The notes below the pieces were generated by a model, which saw only the letters and a program-made list of their open reading frames with translations, was not told where the DNA came from and did no database searches. A stretch of DNA of 64,000 nucleotides, from positions 32,001 to 96,000 of the IMG/VR virus record IMGVR_UViG_3300033068_001847. One strand, written 5' to 3'. Every line of letters starts with the position of its first letter. The first letter of the stretch is position 1. This document shows positions 20,681 through 30,405 of the stretch, piece after piece. This DNA comes from a virus. Lineage: Duplodnaviria; Caudoviricetes. The translations under genes and the position numbers were made by a program.

Positions 20681-21778
20681 TTATTTTATAAGTTTCACAT
20701 CTTTTATGAAACTTAATGCTGATCCAATTACTTGATGCATATCATAGTATTTATATTCAGCCAATCGTCCACCAAACTTTACATTATTCTCCAATTTAGA
20801 TAACTCTTTATATTTGTTATATATTTGCTGATTCTCTTCGTTATTAATTGGGTAAAATGGAGTTTCGTCTTTTGTCCATGTTATTGGATATTCCTTTGTT
20901 ATATATGTAAAAGGAGCTTTTTTATTTTCAAAGTGTTTCCATTCACTAATTCTAGTAAATGGTACATCTTCGTGTGTATAATTAATCACACTATTACCTT
21001 GAAAATCTTCAATTTCTAATCTTTCTGTTTCGAACCGTAATGATCTATAATTTAATTCACCAAATTGATAATTGTAGTATTCATCTATCCTACCAGTGAA
21101 TATGATATTTTCTGATAATGAATTTAAGTAATCCCTATCAAGAAAATAATCTGTATTTAATCGAACTTCTATTCCATCTAATAAATTTTCAAATATCTTA
21201 GTATAACCATCTTCAGGGATACCTTGGTAGATATCATCAAAATAATTATTATCAAAATTAGTTCGTATAGGTATTCTCTTTATAATAGATGCTGGTAACA
21301 GTTTTGGATCTGTCATCCATTGTTTTTTAGTATAGCCGTATATAAAAGTTTTATATATCTGTTCACCTACCATAGAAATAACATAATCTTCTAAATTTTT
21401 AGGATTATGTATTTCAATTTTTTCGCTATTAAGTTTCGCTATTGCCTGCTCTGGAGTTTTAACACCGTAAAGCTGGTACAGAGTAAATAAATTAATGGGA
21501 AATGAATATAAATTATCTTGGTAATTTACAATCGGGGAATATTTGAATTGGTTGAATGTAGTAAATCTATTTACGTAATCCCAAATTCGTTTAGAAGATG
21601 TGTGAAATATATGTGGACCATATTTATGTACATTTATACCATCCTTGTTCTCTGTATAACAATTACCACCTATGTGATCTCTTTTATCTATCACTAAACA
21701 CTTGTAACCTAAATCAGTTAATTCACGAGCACAAACAGAAGCATATAGACCAGAACCAATAATTAAATAATTATACAT
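20681..21778 (-). CDS. glf: UDP-galactopyranose mutase
   Basis: IIGSGLYA FAD motif, HIGGNCY, HKYGPHIFHT, YTKKQW and GRLAEYKYYDMHQVI. Confidence 0.95.
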   Translation of the reverse strand: MYNYLIIGSGLYASVCARELTDLGYKCLVIDKRDHIGGNCYTENKDGINVHKYGPHIFHTSSKRIWDYVNRFTTFNQFKYSPIVNYQDNLYSFPINLFTLYQLYGVKTPEQAIAKLNSEKIEIHNPKNLEDYVISMVGEQIYKTFIYGYTKKQWMTDPKLLPASIIKRIPIRTNFDNNYFDDIYQGIPEDGYTKIFENLLDGIEVRLNTDYFLDRDYLNSLSENIIFTGRIDEYYNYQFGELNYRSLRFETERLEIEDFQGNSVINYTHEDVPFTRISEWKHFENKKAPFTYITKEYPITWTKDETPFYPINNEENQQIYNKYKELSKLENNVKFGGRLAEYKYYDMHQVIGSALSFIKDVKLIK

Positions 21779-21786
21779 ATATTACA

Positions 21787-22056
21787 TTACCATCCTTCAA
21801 CAACTTTAATAAAGTGTACAACTTCTTTACCTGCTTCACCCTGATTTTCCAGTATCTTAACAATATGTCTTGAATCAAACTGAGCTACAGATAGTATATC
21901 ATAAAAGAATCTATAAATATCTACTTCGGAACATTTTCCATTTTCAACATCATGAACAAAATTTATTAAATCAGATGACATATGATTTATTTGTTGTTCT
22001 TCTTTAGTATATATTTTTCTCATATTATTTTCTAAACGTCCAAAAGTTGTTCTCAT
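21787..22056 (-). CDS. Hypothetical protein (start may be MRKIY)
   Basis: Fills the gap between glf and the methyltransferase. Confidence 0.5.
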   Translation of the reverse strand: MRTTFGRLENNMRKIYTKEEQQINHMSSDLINFVHDVENGKCSEVDIYRFFYDILSVAQFDSRHIVKILENQGEAGKEVVHFIKVVEGW

Positions 22057-22672
22057 AAATAGTTAGCTTATCAATTCCAACTACTGTTGCAAATTCATTT
22101 ACTGCTTTTTTAACATCTTGCCATGCTTCATAATCATCACCGAATATTATACCGTTAGGTGTAAGTAAATCGTAGTAAGCTTTAATATCTCTTATTACAT
22201 CCACATAATCATGGGATGCATCAATATAAATTAACTCAGCTTTCATTTTCTGGCTCTCGAAATATTTAGCTCCGATTAATGAAGTCATGGGTAATGGGGT
22301 AATGTAATCTTGAACTTCGTTATGTACTACATTTGATAAAAATTGATAATATATTTGGGGGTATCCGTTTTTTAATAAAAGATTACGTTCTGGTGTATCT
22401 TTTAGATCACCCCAAAACTCTAAAGCTCCAAGCCATGTATCTACACAGTAAATTTGAGTACTTAGTTTATTATCTTTGCAGTACTTACCCATATTTATTG
22501 CCGACTGACCTTTCCAAGTACCTACTTCAATAATAGTATCTGGATTACTTTCTTTAATTAAATCATGAAATATTGTAGATGATCCATTCCATCCCTGTAA
22601 ATCTTCAGTTAATAATTCTAAATTATTATATATGTCTTTTGTTATTATATTCATTATGCTTCTATTACCCAA
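22025..22672 (-). CDS. Class I SAM-dependent methyltransferase (Methyltransf_24-like)
   Basis: IIEVGTWKGQSA, YCVDTW, LIYIDASHDY and GIIFGDDY motifs. Confidence 0.88.
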   Translation of the reverse strand: MGNRSIMNIITKDIYNNLELLTEDLQGWNGSSTIFHDLIKESNPDTIIEVGTWKGQSAINMGKYCKDNKLSTQIYCVDTWLGALEFWGDLKDTPERNLLLKNGYPQIYYQFLSNVVHNEVQDYITPLPMTSLIGAKYFESQKMKAELIYIDASHDYVDVIRDIKAYYDLLTPNGIIFGDDYEAWQDVKKAVNEFATVVGIDKLTIYENNFWTFRK

Positions 22673-23295
22673 TCCCTAACAAACCAGTTAGCTTTATATT
22701 TTATAAGTTCAATTTCTGGACAAACATTTATTTCTCGCTTAACATTATCAGAATATATATATTTATATGCTTCAATAATTGGTAATAGAGAAAAAGCATT
22801 TTTTGTTTTATCTACAAAAAATGCATCTTCATGTTTAACATAAAAATCTTTAGATTGATTTTCAATATTTATATTAGGTATTTTATGTTGAATAAAATCT
22901 ATTATATAATCACGTTTATATAAACCTATATTTGATGAAGGATATGTGGCAAATAAAGCTTTAGTAATTGTATTTTCATCAATTCTATTTTCTATTTTAT
23001 CTTTAAAATTTTCACCTACCTCACAGGTATCATGTAATAAAAAGAAATAATCATATTCTGGAAATAAATCATGTTTCACACATTCAATTAATGAAGTTAA
23101 ATCAAATGAATTTGTAGTAACATTTTTATGTTCGATCCAATTAAGATCATAAAAATCATTATTATCTTGACCTCCAACTGCTACAAAAATATCTGATTTA
23201 GGTATTTTAGCTTGTATTAATGAATGAAGTAATTTACCTATAGTTGTAGAATAATAATTTTTATGTGAACTTATTATATATTTAATCTTAGCCAT
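22654..23295 (-). CDS. Putative GT-A fold glycosyltransferase
   Basis: YIISSH..LLHSL and YDYFFLLHDTC (xHD in the DxD position); located in the GT cluster. Confidence 0.55.
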   Translation of the reverse strand: MAKIKYIISSHKNYYSTTIGKLLHSLIQAKIPKSDIFVAVGGQDNNDFYDLNWIEHKNVTTNSFDLTSLIECVKHDLFPEYDYFFLLHDTCEVGENFKDKIENRIDENTITKALFATYPSSNIGLYKRDYIIDFIQHKIPNINIENQSKDFYVKHEDAFFVDKTKNAFSLLPIIEAYKYIYSDNVKREINVCPEIELIKYKANWFVRDWVIEA

Positions 23296-24044
23296 TATAA
23301 TTTATCTCTGTTTTCTAAATAAAATTTCTCATAAGGGTATTGTTCATGCGTTTCATTTAATATTAATTTAGCAGGACAAATACCATGTTGTACTCCATAT
23401 ATCTCATCTATTGTAAATATTGTCTCATACATTATTTTGTTATTTAATAATGAATATTTGCCTTGTTTTATAACTTTAGTATTAGTAGGATTATGAGACA
23501 TATCTACATAATTAATAACTCCTAAGACGTAAGCCTGTTGAAAATTCTTTTTATAAGTATCAAAATACTTCCATTCAAAAAATCCATCTTCTTCACCAAT
23601 ACCTAATAATCTTTCATCAAAGAATCCGACATCCATGACCTCTTGTTTTTTAAGAACAACGTGACTCCAGCTATTATTAATTTTAAATGATGTTTGATGT
23701 TCTTCTATTAAAAGCTTTATATTATGTAAAAACCCTGCACTGTTAATAGCGATATCATCATTTAACATTAAAATATAATCTCCACTAGTATTAATAATTA
23801 TACTATTCCATAATTTACTCAATCCTCTGAATTCAGTAAACATAATCGGATATACCTGATCATAATTAGCGATTGTAGTTAAGATATCTTTTCTATAATT
23901 AGAATCAAATTTTTCCTTATGTTCCCCATTAATTGCTACGATAATTTCTAAGTCAGGTTCGTATTCATGAATTTGTGCCAGTAAAGGTTTGAAATATTTT
24001 TCAAACCTGTATTTAAATGTTGTTATTCCTATTGTTAATTTCAT
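23295..24044 (-). CDS. Glycosyltransferase family 2
   Basis: LTIGITTF, GLSKLWN, YILMLNDD and VGFFDERL..GEED motifs. Confidence 0.85.
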   Translation of the reverse strand: MKLTIGITTFKYRFEKYFKPLLAQIHEYEPDLEIIVAINGEHKEKFDSNYRKDILTTIANYDQVYPIMFTEFRGLSKLWNSIIINTSGDYILMLNDDIAINSAGFLHNIKLLIEEHQTSFKINNSWSHVVLKKQEVMDVGFFDERLLGIGEEDGFFEWKYFDTYKKNFQQAYVLGVINYVDMSHNPTNTKVIKQGKYSLLNNKIMYETIFTIDEIYGVQHGICPAKLILNETHEQYPYEKFYLENRDKL

Positions 24045-24220
24045 TATTTTTTAATCTTGAATTTTTTAGCTTCACACCACTCTTCGAATGTCCAATTTTC
24101 TAATTCTTCATACCTAGGTAGAGTTTCAAGTTGTCGTTTCATTGTTCTTACCCGTTCACTCATTGTTATTTGAAAGATAGTGAATTCAGCTTTTAATAGT
24201 TTTAAAGGTCTTTCTGTCAT
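24044..24220 (-). CDS. Small hypothetical protein (58 aa)
   Basis: Below the track cutoff. MTERPLKLLKAEF...WTFEEWCEAKKFKIKK, with ATGA and TAATG overlaps. Confidence 0.55.
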   Translation of the reverse strand: MTERPLKLLKAEFTIFQITMSERVRTMKRQLETLPRYEELENWTFEEWCEAKKFKIKK

Positions 24221-25074
24221 AATAATATTTCTTTTAATTTTTCATATAAATTATGTTGTTCGAAATATATTTCCTTATTTAAGATCGGAAAATGTTTCTT
24301 TATAAATGTTTGACCTATAATAGTTTTGATATCATCAACAATAGTTTCTGAATCTAAATTTATCAATTCGTGTCCAATTGGATTATAAACCTCTTCAATA
24401 TTCGGTGCTCCGTTGTATATGGGAATAGTATTACATAATACACAATCAATATATTTCTCAGTAATGTAATTTTTTTCATTACTGTTCTCAATAGCAATTG
24501 AGAATTCATATGGTAGTAATCCCTGAAATTTATTTTCTATTGCACCTTTGATTCTTTTATCTGTAAATGGTAATCCTCTACCGAAAATATCAATATCTAA
24601 ATCACTATTTAGAATCTGCTGAACAACGTTAATTCTTTTAGTATAATTAGCATAAGTCATATTCAAACCAGATACTATCATACTAATCTTTTTCTTTTTC
24701 TTTACTTTATCTGTACCTTTAAAGAAATTGTAGTTTACATGATCATGAAACCACATATAAGATGGAGTCTCAATTACACCAAGAAAATCTTCATCTTTTA
24801 TATTGAACAATGATTTATCATGTACAAGGATATAATCAGCATACGTATTGAATCGTTCATTCTGCCAAACAGGTGACCAACTAGGTTCTTGTACAATACA
24901 TATTACTTTAGCATTAGGATTATAACCTTCGATAAACTTGTTAAACACTACAGCTACCTCATAATCTTCACCAGTGGTGAACTGTAATAAATCATCATTA
25001 ATCGGATAATTATCCTTAAATCTTTTTAATAAAGAATCTGAAGAATCGTAATTACTAAAAAACTTTATTTTCAT
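24217..25074 (-). CDS. Glycosyltransferase family 10 (alpha-1,3-fucosyltransferase-like)
   Basis: YEFSIAIENSNEKNYITEKYIDCVLCNTIPIYNGAPNI is the GT10 fucosyltransferase motif. Confidence 0.85.
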   Translation of the reverse strand: MKIKFFSNYDSSDSLLKRFKDNYPINDDLLQFTTGEDYEVAVVFNKFIEGYNPNAKVICIVQEPSWSPVWQNERFNTYADYILVHDKSLFNIKDEDFLGVIETPSYMWFHDHVNYNFFKGTDKVKKKKKISMIVSGLNMTYANYTKRINVVQQILNSDLDIDIFGRGLPFTDKRIKGAIENKFQGLLPYEFSIAIENSNEKNYITEKYIDCVLCNTIPIYNGAPNIEEVYNPIGHELINLDSETIVDDIKTIIGQTFIKKHFPILNKEIYFEQHNLYEKLKEILL

Positions 25075-25076
25075 TC

Positions 25077-25760
25077 TTAAAGGTTTAACATATCCACTTG
25101 TTTTTTATATTGTTCTTGATCTTCAGGTTTCAAAGAATGATCATGCGGTAAATGATAAGGAACTATTGGTAGAAGCTTCTTCTTAAAACCTTTACCTTGC
25201 AAGCGATAGGATAGATCATTATCTTCACCACCCCAAACAATAAAATCTTCATTAAATTTATTTTCATTCAGAATTTTATTATTCATGATGAATAAACCAC
25301 CTAAATCTGGTTCAAACTGTCGTCCTAATGAATGTAACTCCTTAAAATTTACTGTTTCATTTTCAAAATCAATACCTGTTAAATTCATAACATCATTAAC
25401 CTTAAATACATAAAATTCATTATCCTTAATTTTCTTAAGCAAGTATATTAATGCATCATAATCTACAGGATCTATCAAAAGATCTGAGTCCATAACCGCT
25501 AGTATACATTCAGGTTCACTATGATAAACAATTACCTTATTTATCTTCTCAGAGCGTTTATAAGCCTTGTTCGGATATGGGATGTGAATTGCACCACCTA
25601 ACACATTAACCTCGCTGAAATCGAAGATAAATGATTCTATATCCAAACCTTTATCCTGAGCGTATTGTGTAAATTTATTAAGGTAACACCAAGAAAGATT
25701 AGTGTTAGCTAACCTCTTCTTGTCTGTCCCCCAAAATAAAATATTAATCTTTATTTTCAT
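25077..25760 (-). CDS. Glycosyltransferase (GT2 / GT7 C-terminal galactosyltransferase-like)
   Basis: VMDSD (DxD), FNEDFIVWGGEDNDLSYRL and YHLPH motifs. Confidence 0.82.
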   Translation of the reverse strand: MKIKINILFWGTDKKRLANTNLSWCYLNKFTQYAQDKGLDIESFIFDFSEVNVLGGAIHIPYPNKAYKRSEKINKVIVYHSEPECILAVMDSDLLIDPVDYDALIYLLKKIKDNEFYVFKVNDVMNLTGIDFENETVNFKELHSLGRQFEPDLGGLFIMNNKILNENKFNEDFIVWGGEDNDLSYRLQGKGFKKKLLPIVPYHLPHDHSLKPEDQEQYKKQVDMLNL

Positions 25761-25935
25761 CTAATTCAATTTCCAACTTAATTATATAATCATCAACAAT
25801 ATGATCGTAAGACGTTATTATTTTTAATACTTTTATAGGTATATAAACTTCATTTCTACTATCATCTACATATTTCAATTTTAATTCCCTTGTTGGGAGA
25901 TCAAATAAATCAGCATATTTATTTAATTTGCTCAT
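25744..25935 (-). CDS. Hypothetical protein (63 aa)
   Basis: Coupled small ORF. Confidence 0.45.
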   Translation of the reverse strand: MSKLNKYADLFDLPTRELKLKYVDDSRNEVYIPIKVLKIITSYDHIVDDYIIKLEIELDENKD

Positions 25936-25936
25936 T

Positions 25937-26437
25937 TTAATGAAATGAATCTGTATCTCTGATATCTTTATTATCTATTACCTGTGCTGGAAAAAACTCT
26001 TTCTCAGCTTCTTTTTTACTCATCTCAACTACATCAGTCCAACTAGCTTTATGTATTTCTTGATCAACAATTATTTTCAAGTTTGGTGGTGTATATAAAT
26101 CTGACTTCATAACTTTACCATTTTCTTTATATAATACGTTACCATCAACATCTAATTTTGACATATTAGATCTTTGTACTTCATCAAATAATTTTTCAGC
26201 AATACCATGTAATCCAAATTCATTGTGACTACCTAATACTACATAAAGTAAATCAGTAAGTGCATCGGCTACACCTACAATATCATTTTCTAAATATGCT
26301 TCTTTAAGCTCTTCTAATTCTTCAGCTATTAAATCATATCTTAACTGACACCTCTCAATTGATGGGATTTGTGGTTTATCTAAAATTGGTTGTCCGAATG
26401 TTTTGTGGAATAATTTAACTTGATCTAATTGTTTCAT
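25937..26437 (-). CDS. MazG-like/PRA-PH family nucleoside triphosphate pyrophosphohydrolase
   Basis: VKLFHKTF, LIAEELEEL, VADALTDLLYV, EVQRSNMSK and GKVMKS motifs. Confidence 0.88.
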   Translation of the reverse strand: MKQLDQVKLFHKTFGQPILDKPQIPSIERCQLRYDLIAEELEELKEAYLENDIVGVADALTDLLYVVLGSHNEFGLHGIAEKLFDEVQRSNMSKLDVDGNVLYKENGKVMKSDLYTPPNLKIIVDQEIHKASWTDVVEMSKKEAEKEFFPAQVIDNKDIRDTDSFH

Positions 26438-26441
26438 ATAT

Positions 26442-26645
26442 TTATTTTTTATTTTTTATGTAATTTGTTACTCCGAAAATAATCGCAAAGCCTATCGTTA
26501 AACCTATAATTCCTATAATTAATGTAAATACTATAACAAGCGGTAACCATAATGGACATGTTACTATCCACCATGACCAATCCATTATACCTGTTAGTTT
26601 TAATATTAAAAAAATTAGGAATAAAATATGCTGCCCATTTTTCAT
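26442..26645 (-). CDS. Small membrane protein
   Basis: LIFLILKLTG..WSWWIVTCPLW plus a long hydrophobic helix; a common small phage membrane protein pattern. Confidence 0.7.
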   Translation of the reverse strand: MKNGQHILFLIFLILKLTGIMDWSWWIVTCPLWLPLVIVFTLIIGIIGLTIGFAIIFGVTNYIKNKK

Positions 26646-26650
26646 TTATT

Positions 26651-27448
26651 TTAATTTATCCATCCATCTACAGGAGGAATTTCTTCTTCAGGTTTAAGTG
26701 ATTCTAATAAAGCTGAAGCAATCCTTTTAACATCTGGTGTGAAAGAAGTATCTTCACCTAACATCCACTCAAGGAATCCCGGTTCTGTTATTGCTTTTTT
26801 ACCTTTATGTTTAACACCAAAATTAATTACATAATCACCGTCTTTATCCTTAATAAATTTACCAGAGATATCAACTAATTCCTTATCGTAATTTGCTATA
26901 AAAGCTAACTGAGCAAGATCATCAGGTAATTCATATTTTTCTAATTGTGCTTCTAATACTTCTAATGTAGCTTCAATATCAGCTTTTGCTCCATGTGAAT
27001 CTACTAAGTCTTTACCACAATAAAACTCATATGCTTTTGTTAATGTACGTGGTTCAAATTTTTTAAATAAATTACCAATATCAATTCTTTGAACAGTTGA
27101 ATAATCCCATTCTAAACCTGCTCTTAAGAATTCTGAATATAATAATGGGAAATCAAAACTGTTACTATTGAAACCAGCAACATCACAACCATCAATTAAC
27201 GCTAACATACTTTTAGATACCTTTTTAAAGGTAGGTTCGTTAGCCACCATCTCGTTTGTAATACCGTGTAGTTCGCTTGCTGTTTCAGAAATAGGTATTT
27301 CAGGATTTAATCTTCTAGTCTTAATTTCTTTTTTACCGTCTGGAAAATACTTTAGAATAGCTATTTCAACTATTCTATCTGTAGAAGTATCCAGTCCAGT
27401 AGTTTCTAAGTCAATAAAACAAATAGGTCTTTTTAATTTCAGTTTCAT
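26651..27448 (-). CDS. DEDDh 3'-5' exonuclease (DnaQ/DNA pol III epsilon-like)
   Basis: FIDLETTG, GFNSNSFD and HGAKADIEAT motifs; MKLKLKRPI start resembles Bacteroidota homologues. Confidence 0.9.
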   Translation of the reverse strand: MKLKLKRPICFIDLETTGLDTSTDRIVEIAILKYFPDGKKEIKTRRLNPEIPISETASELHGITNEMVANEPTFKKVSKSMLALIDGCDVAGFNSNSFDFPLLYSEFLRAGLEWDYSTVQRIDIGNLFKKFEPRTLTKAYEFYCGKDLVDSHGAKADIEATLEVLEAQLEKYELPDDLAQLAFIANYDKELVDISGKFIKDKDGDYVINFGVKHKGKKAITEPGFLEWMLGEDTSFTPDVKRIASALLESLKPEEEIPPVDGWIN

Positions 27449-27463
27449 TAATTACGTTTTAAA

Positions 27464-27493
27464 CTAAAATAGATCATAAAGAAAAAAAATCAA
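27464..27493 (-). promoter_or_regulatory. Host-type promoter TTG-N19-TATTTTAG
   Basis: Plus strand ctaaaata at 27464-27471, 19-nt spacer, caa at 27491-27493; upstream of the exonuclease. Confidence 0.7.
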
Positions 27494-27509
27494 GTGATTA
27501 ACTTGATTT
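27482..27509 (-). terminator. Terminator overlapping the -33 element of the next promoter
   Basis: Stem AAATCAAGT/ACTTGATTT followed by a T run on the minus strand. Confidence 0.55.
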
Positions 27510-27524
27510 ACTTTATCAACCTTA

Positions 27525-27734
27525 TTATTCTGTAGGTGGTTTAGGCTTTCTTTTAGCAACAAATTTCTTTGATTTTACAGAAGGTTTTTTTAATTTAACA
27601 CCTTCATAAAAAACTTTGTCACCTGAATCAATTACTTCTTTAACGACATCTTCTTTTTTACAAGAACAATTAACACATTTACATTTTTTATTTGTCCTAA
27701 AAAGATTTAGGAATTGTTCATACAATTTTTTCAT
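27525..27734 (-). CDS. Small basic Cys-containing protein (69 aa)
   Basis: CKCVNCSC motif; ATGA overlap. Confidence 0.5.
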   Translation of the reverse strand: MKKLYEQFLNLFRTNKKCKCVNCSCKKEDVVKEVIDSGDKVFYEGVKLKKPSVKSKKFVAKRKPKPPTE

Positions 27735-28621
27735 AATTTTTTACTGTTTTTAATTTTCTTTATTTCTTCTTCATCCCTTGCAACATAAATTGGATATTTG
27801 AATTCCTTACTTTTTTCTACTTGTTTTTTATATAAATCATCAAAATCTTTTGGTTTTTGAATTAAAGTATATCTATAATCAGTACTTATTCTTAGATCAG
27901 GTTTAAGTTGTAATAATACATATTCGTTAGATTCTAATTCTTTAACAGTTATTTTATCTTCAATTGTGGGATCATAATGTTTTATAGTTTTTAAAAATTC
28001 AGGACTTAACTGAGTTTCATAGTAAATAATTTCATAACTATCTGATCCAAACACATCAGTTTCAATAAAACTACGACCACCTGTAGGTTTTAATCTATCA
28101 GCCATCCTCAATTGTCTAATTCTTTCAATAACAAATGGTGGTGTATGATCAAGATCTATATTTACAGGTAACCCGTTAATAAAACTAATATTATATTTTT
28201 TGAATAACTCCATGTCATCCAATTCAATATATTCATTCTGTTTTCTATTCTCAATTTTATATAACCATTCTCCAAACTCTTCTGAAGCTTTTTTATCTCT
28301 TTCTTCGTATTTAACATCAATTATCTCAGTACGCCTTTTTTCATGGTCGTAATCACCGAGATCTAAACCATCATCAGATTTAATATTCCTTACAGTATCT
28401 TCAGGTTTAATCTCGAAAATAATTTCTTTTTTTTCCTTACCCTCTTCAACTATAGAAATTAATGGTACTTCTTGTGATAATGTTTGATTTTCCTTCTTTA
28501 AAAAAACAATTTCCTCAAATAATTCCAAAGAATCATCTTCTAAACACAATTTCTTTAGCTCAGTTATTCTTAAATTATTACTATCAATTCTAGCTTGAAT
28601 ATATTTTGGTAATTCTGGCAT
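27731..28621 (-). CDS. Hypothetical protein (296 aa)
   Basis: Long coupled ORF. Confidence 0.55.
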   Translation of the reverse strand: MPELPKYIQARIDSNNLRITELKKLCLEDDSLELFEEIVFLKKENQTLSQEVPLISIVEEGKEKKEIIFEIKPEDTVRNIKSDDGLDLGDYDHEKRRTEIIDVKYEERDKKASEEFGEWLYKIENRKQNEYIELDDMELFKKYNISFINGLPVNIDLDHTPPFVIERIRQLRMADRLKPTGGRSFIETDVFGSDSYEIIYYETQLSPEFLKTIKHYDPTIEDKITVKELESNEYVLLQLKPDLRISTDYRYTLIQKPKDFDDLYKKQVEKSKEFKYPIYVARDEEEIKKIKNSKKL

Positions 28622-29169
28622 TATTTTGTATTTTTAAGGTGATTATACATCTCACCGTAATTTACGGTAGGTTCACTTATAATATTATCTTTCTTTGGTT
28701 TTATTTTTTTAAGTTTTGGATTCACCTCATACCTTGTCCTTGTAGTAATACCATTATCAATTTTACTATCAATAGCTACAAAATGACTTTCTTTACCATT
28801 GGATGGGTAAATTTCTGTATCTTTAATATTTTTCCAAAGTTCTTTTTCTTTGACAATTAATTGATTTTGATCTTTAAACGGACCTTTTTTATTCAAGAGC
28901 ATTTTAGCTATCTGTGAATTACTATACTTTGGTTTCTTTTTAAGTTTAGGTAACTGAATTTCAATTTTAAAATCAGTACCCTCTGAAATAGTATATCCAA
29001 ACCAGTTTAATATCGTTTCAAATAATCTTTTAAAAAAACCTACATTTTTTTTCTTAGGTAAATTCTTCAGATTTACTTGACTTGTATAGTAAGTTTTACT
29101 CTTAACAATATCTGTAGATTCGGTTTTTTTACCACTTAATAAATCTTTTAATAATTCTTCTTTTTTCAT
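28621..29169 (-). CDS. Hypothetical Lys-rich protein (182 aa)
   Basis: Coupled ORF. Confidence 0.55.
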   Translation of the reverse strand: MKKEELLKDLLSGKKTESTDIVKSKTYYTSQVNLKNLPKKKNVGFFKRLFETILNWFGYTISEGTDFKIEIQLPKLKKKPKYSNSQIAKMLLNKKGPFKDQNQLIVKEKELWKNIKDTEIYPSNGKESHFVAIDSKIDNGITTRTRYEVNPKLKKIKPKKDNIISEPTVNYGEMYNHLKNTK

Positions 29170-30356
29170 TTTATAATACTTTTATAAAAATCTGCTCTAT
29201 CAGCAGATACTTTTCTTAAATCATATTTATCTTTTACACTTTCGTAAAGTTTTTCGCCCATCTCTTTTCTAAGTTCTGGATTATCTATTAATTTCTTAGC
29301 ATAATATGACCAATCCTTATTAGATTTATCTTTAACTAAAAATCCATTCTCACCATGTTTAATATCAATCTGATAAGGTATAACATCAGAACAAATTACA
29401 GGTTTTTTGAAAAAACCAGCTTCAATTACTTTTAACTGAGATTTAGCTAAATTGAATTTATTATTTTCTAATGGTATTAAAGATATATCAAAAAGATTAT
29501 AATTCAAGCTATACGTAGATATAGGTTTAGTCCATACTCTTCTATATGGTAATTCTTGTATATCAGGATATTCTTCACGTTTAAAATCCATTAACCAGTT
29601 TAGATAATCCTTATGATTTTCTAAACTTTTGTAATCGGATGTAAAGATTTTTTCATATAAGAACCAAGGTGTTTCAGTAGGTTTTATTGGTCTTTCGTAA
29701 ATATTACCATATCCATCACGATCCTGAACATTTCCTCTGATATCATAACCACATAATACACTTTGAATTCTATTTTTATATTTTTCATTGATAGAATTAA
29801 ACATCGGTCTTAATAACTGTAAATCAAATAAATGTGAACTACCACCTAACCAACCTAATCTAACCTTATCTGATTCTTCTGGTTTAATTTGATATTTTTT
29901 AGAGGTTGGGTCAACCGCATTAGGAAATACTATAACATTATTATGGTGTTTACGAATATCTTTTGCAAAATGCTCCGTAGTTGTCGTGACATAATCTACT
30001 AAACTAAAATATTCAATACTAGTTTCAGCATGTTTAATTTTCTTAGCTAATTCATATTGTGGATGTTTAGGTGAAATCTCCCAATGATCATCAATATCTA
30101 AAATTATGATTTTACCCCTTTCTCTTAGTTTTGGTAAAAATATTTTAGCATGTTCTAAACTTAACATACTCTTACTTCCAAATATTATCTGAAATTTATC
30201 AAAGAATGCTTCATTATTCCAATCTGGTGCTGGTGTAATATCAATATAAAAATCGTTTCCAAACTGCTTTTGAATCTCAATATGTGGTTCTATAAATCTA
30301 AACGATCCAACTCCATAATTATCCTGATTAATTACTAAAATATTTATTTTACTCAT
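29166..30356 (-). CDS. Glycosyltransferase, GT-B fold (GT4-like)
   Basis: GVGSFRFIEP, ILDIDDHW, LGWLGGSSH, DISLIPL..FN.AKSQLKVIEAG..PVICSD and IKHGENGFLV motifs. Confidence 0.88.
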   Translation of the reverse strand: MSKINILVINQDNYGVGSFRFIEPHIEIQKQFGNDFYIDITPAPDWNNEAFFDKFQIIFGSKSMLSLEHAKIFLPKLRERGKIIILDIDDHWEISPKHPQYELAKKIKHAETSIEYFSLVDYVTTTTEHFAKDIRKHHNNVIVFPNAVDPTSKKYQIKPEESDKVRLGWLGGSSHLFDLQLLRPMFNSINEKYKNRIQSVLCGYDIRGNVQDRDGYGNIYERPIKPTETPWFLYEKIFTSDYKSLENHKDYLNWLMDFKREEYPDIQELPYRRVWTKPISTYSLNYNLFDISLIPLENNKFNLAKSQLKVIEAGFFKKPVICSDVIPYQIDIKHGENGFLVKDKSNKDWSYYAKKLIDNPELRKEMGEKLYESVKDKYDLRKVSADRADFYKSIIK

Positions 30357-30405
30357 GTTCTTTTATTTGAATAAAATATAATTGAAGTAATTAAGATTTT
30401 AAATA

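Noticed and set aside
16628-30356. Confident assignment of the GT cluster to DNA hypermodification
   Set aside because: No hydroxymethylase or dioxygenase is in the window, and CCWGG avoidance suggests restriction-sensitive DNA. Kept only as an alternative because the rest of the genome is unseen.
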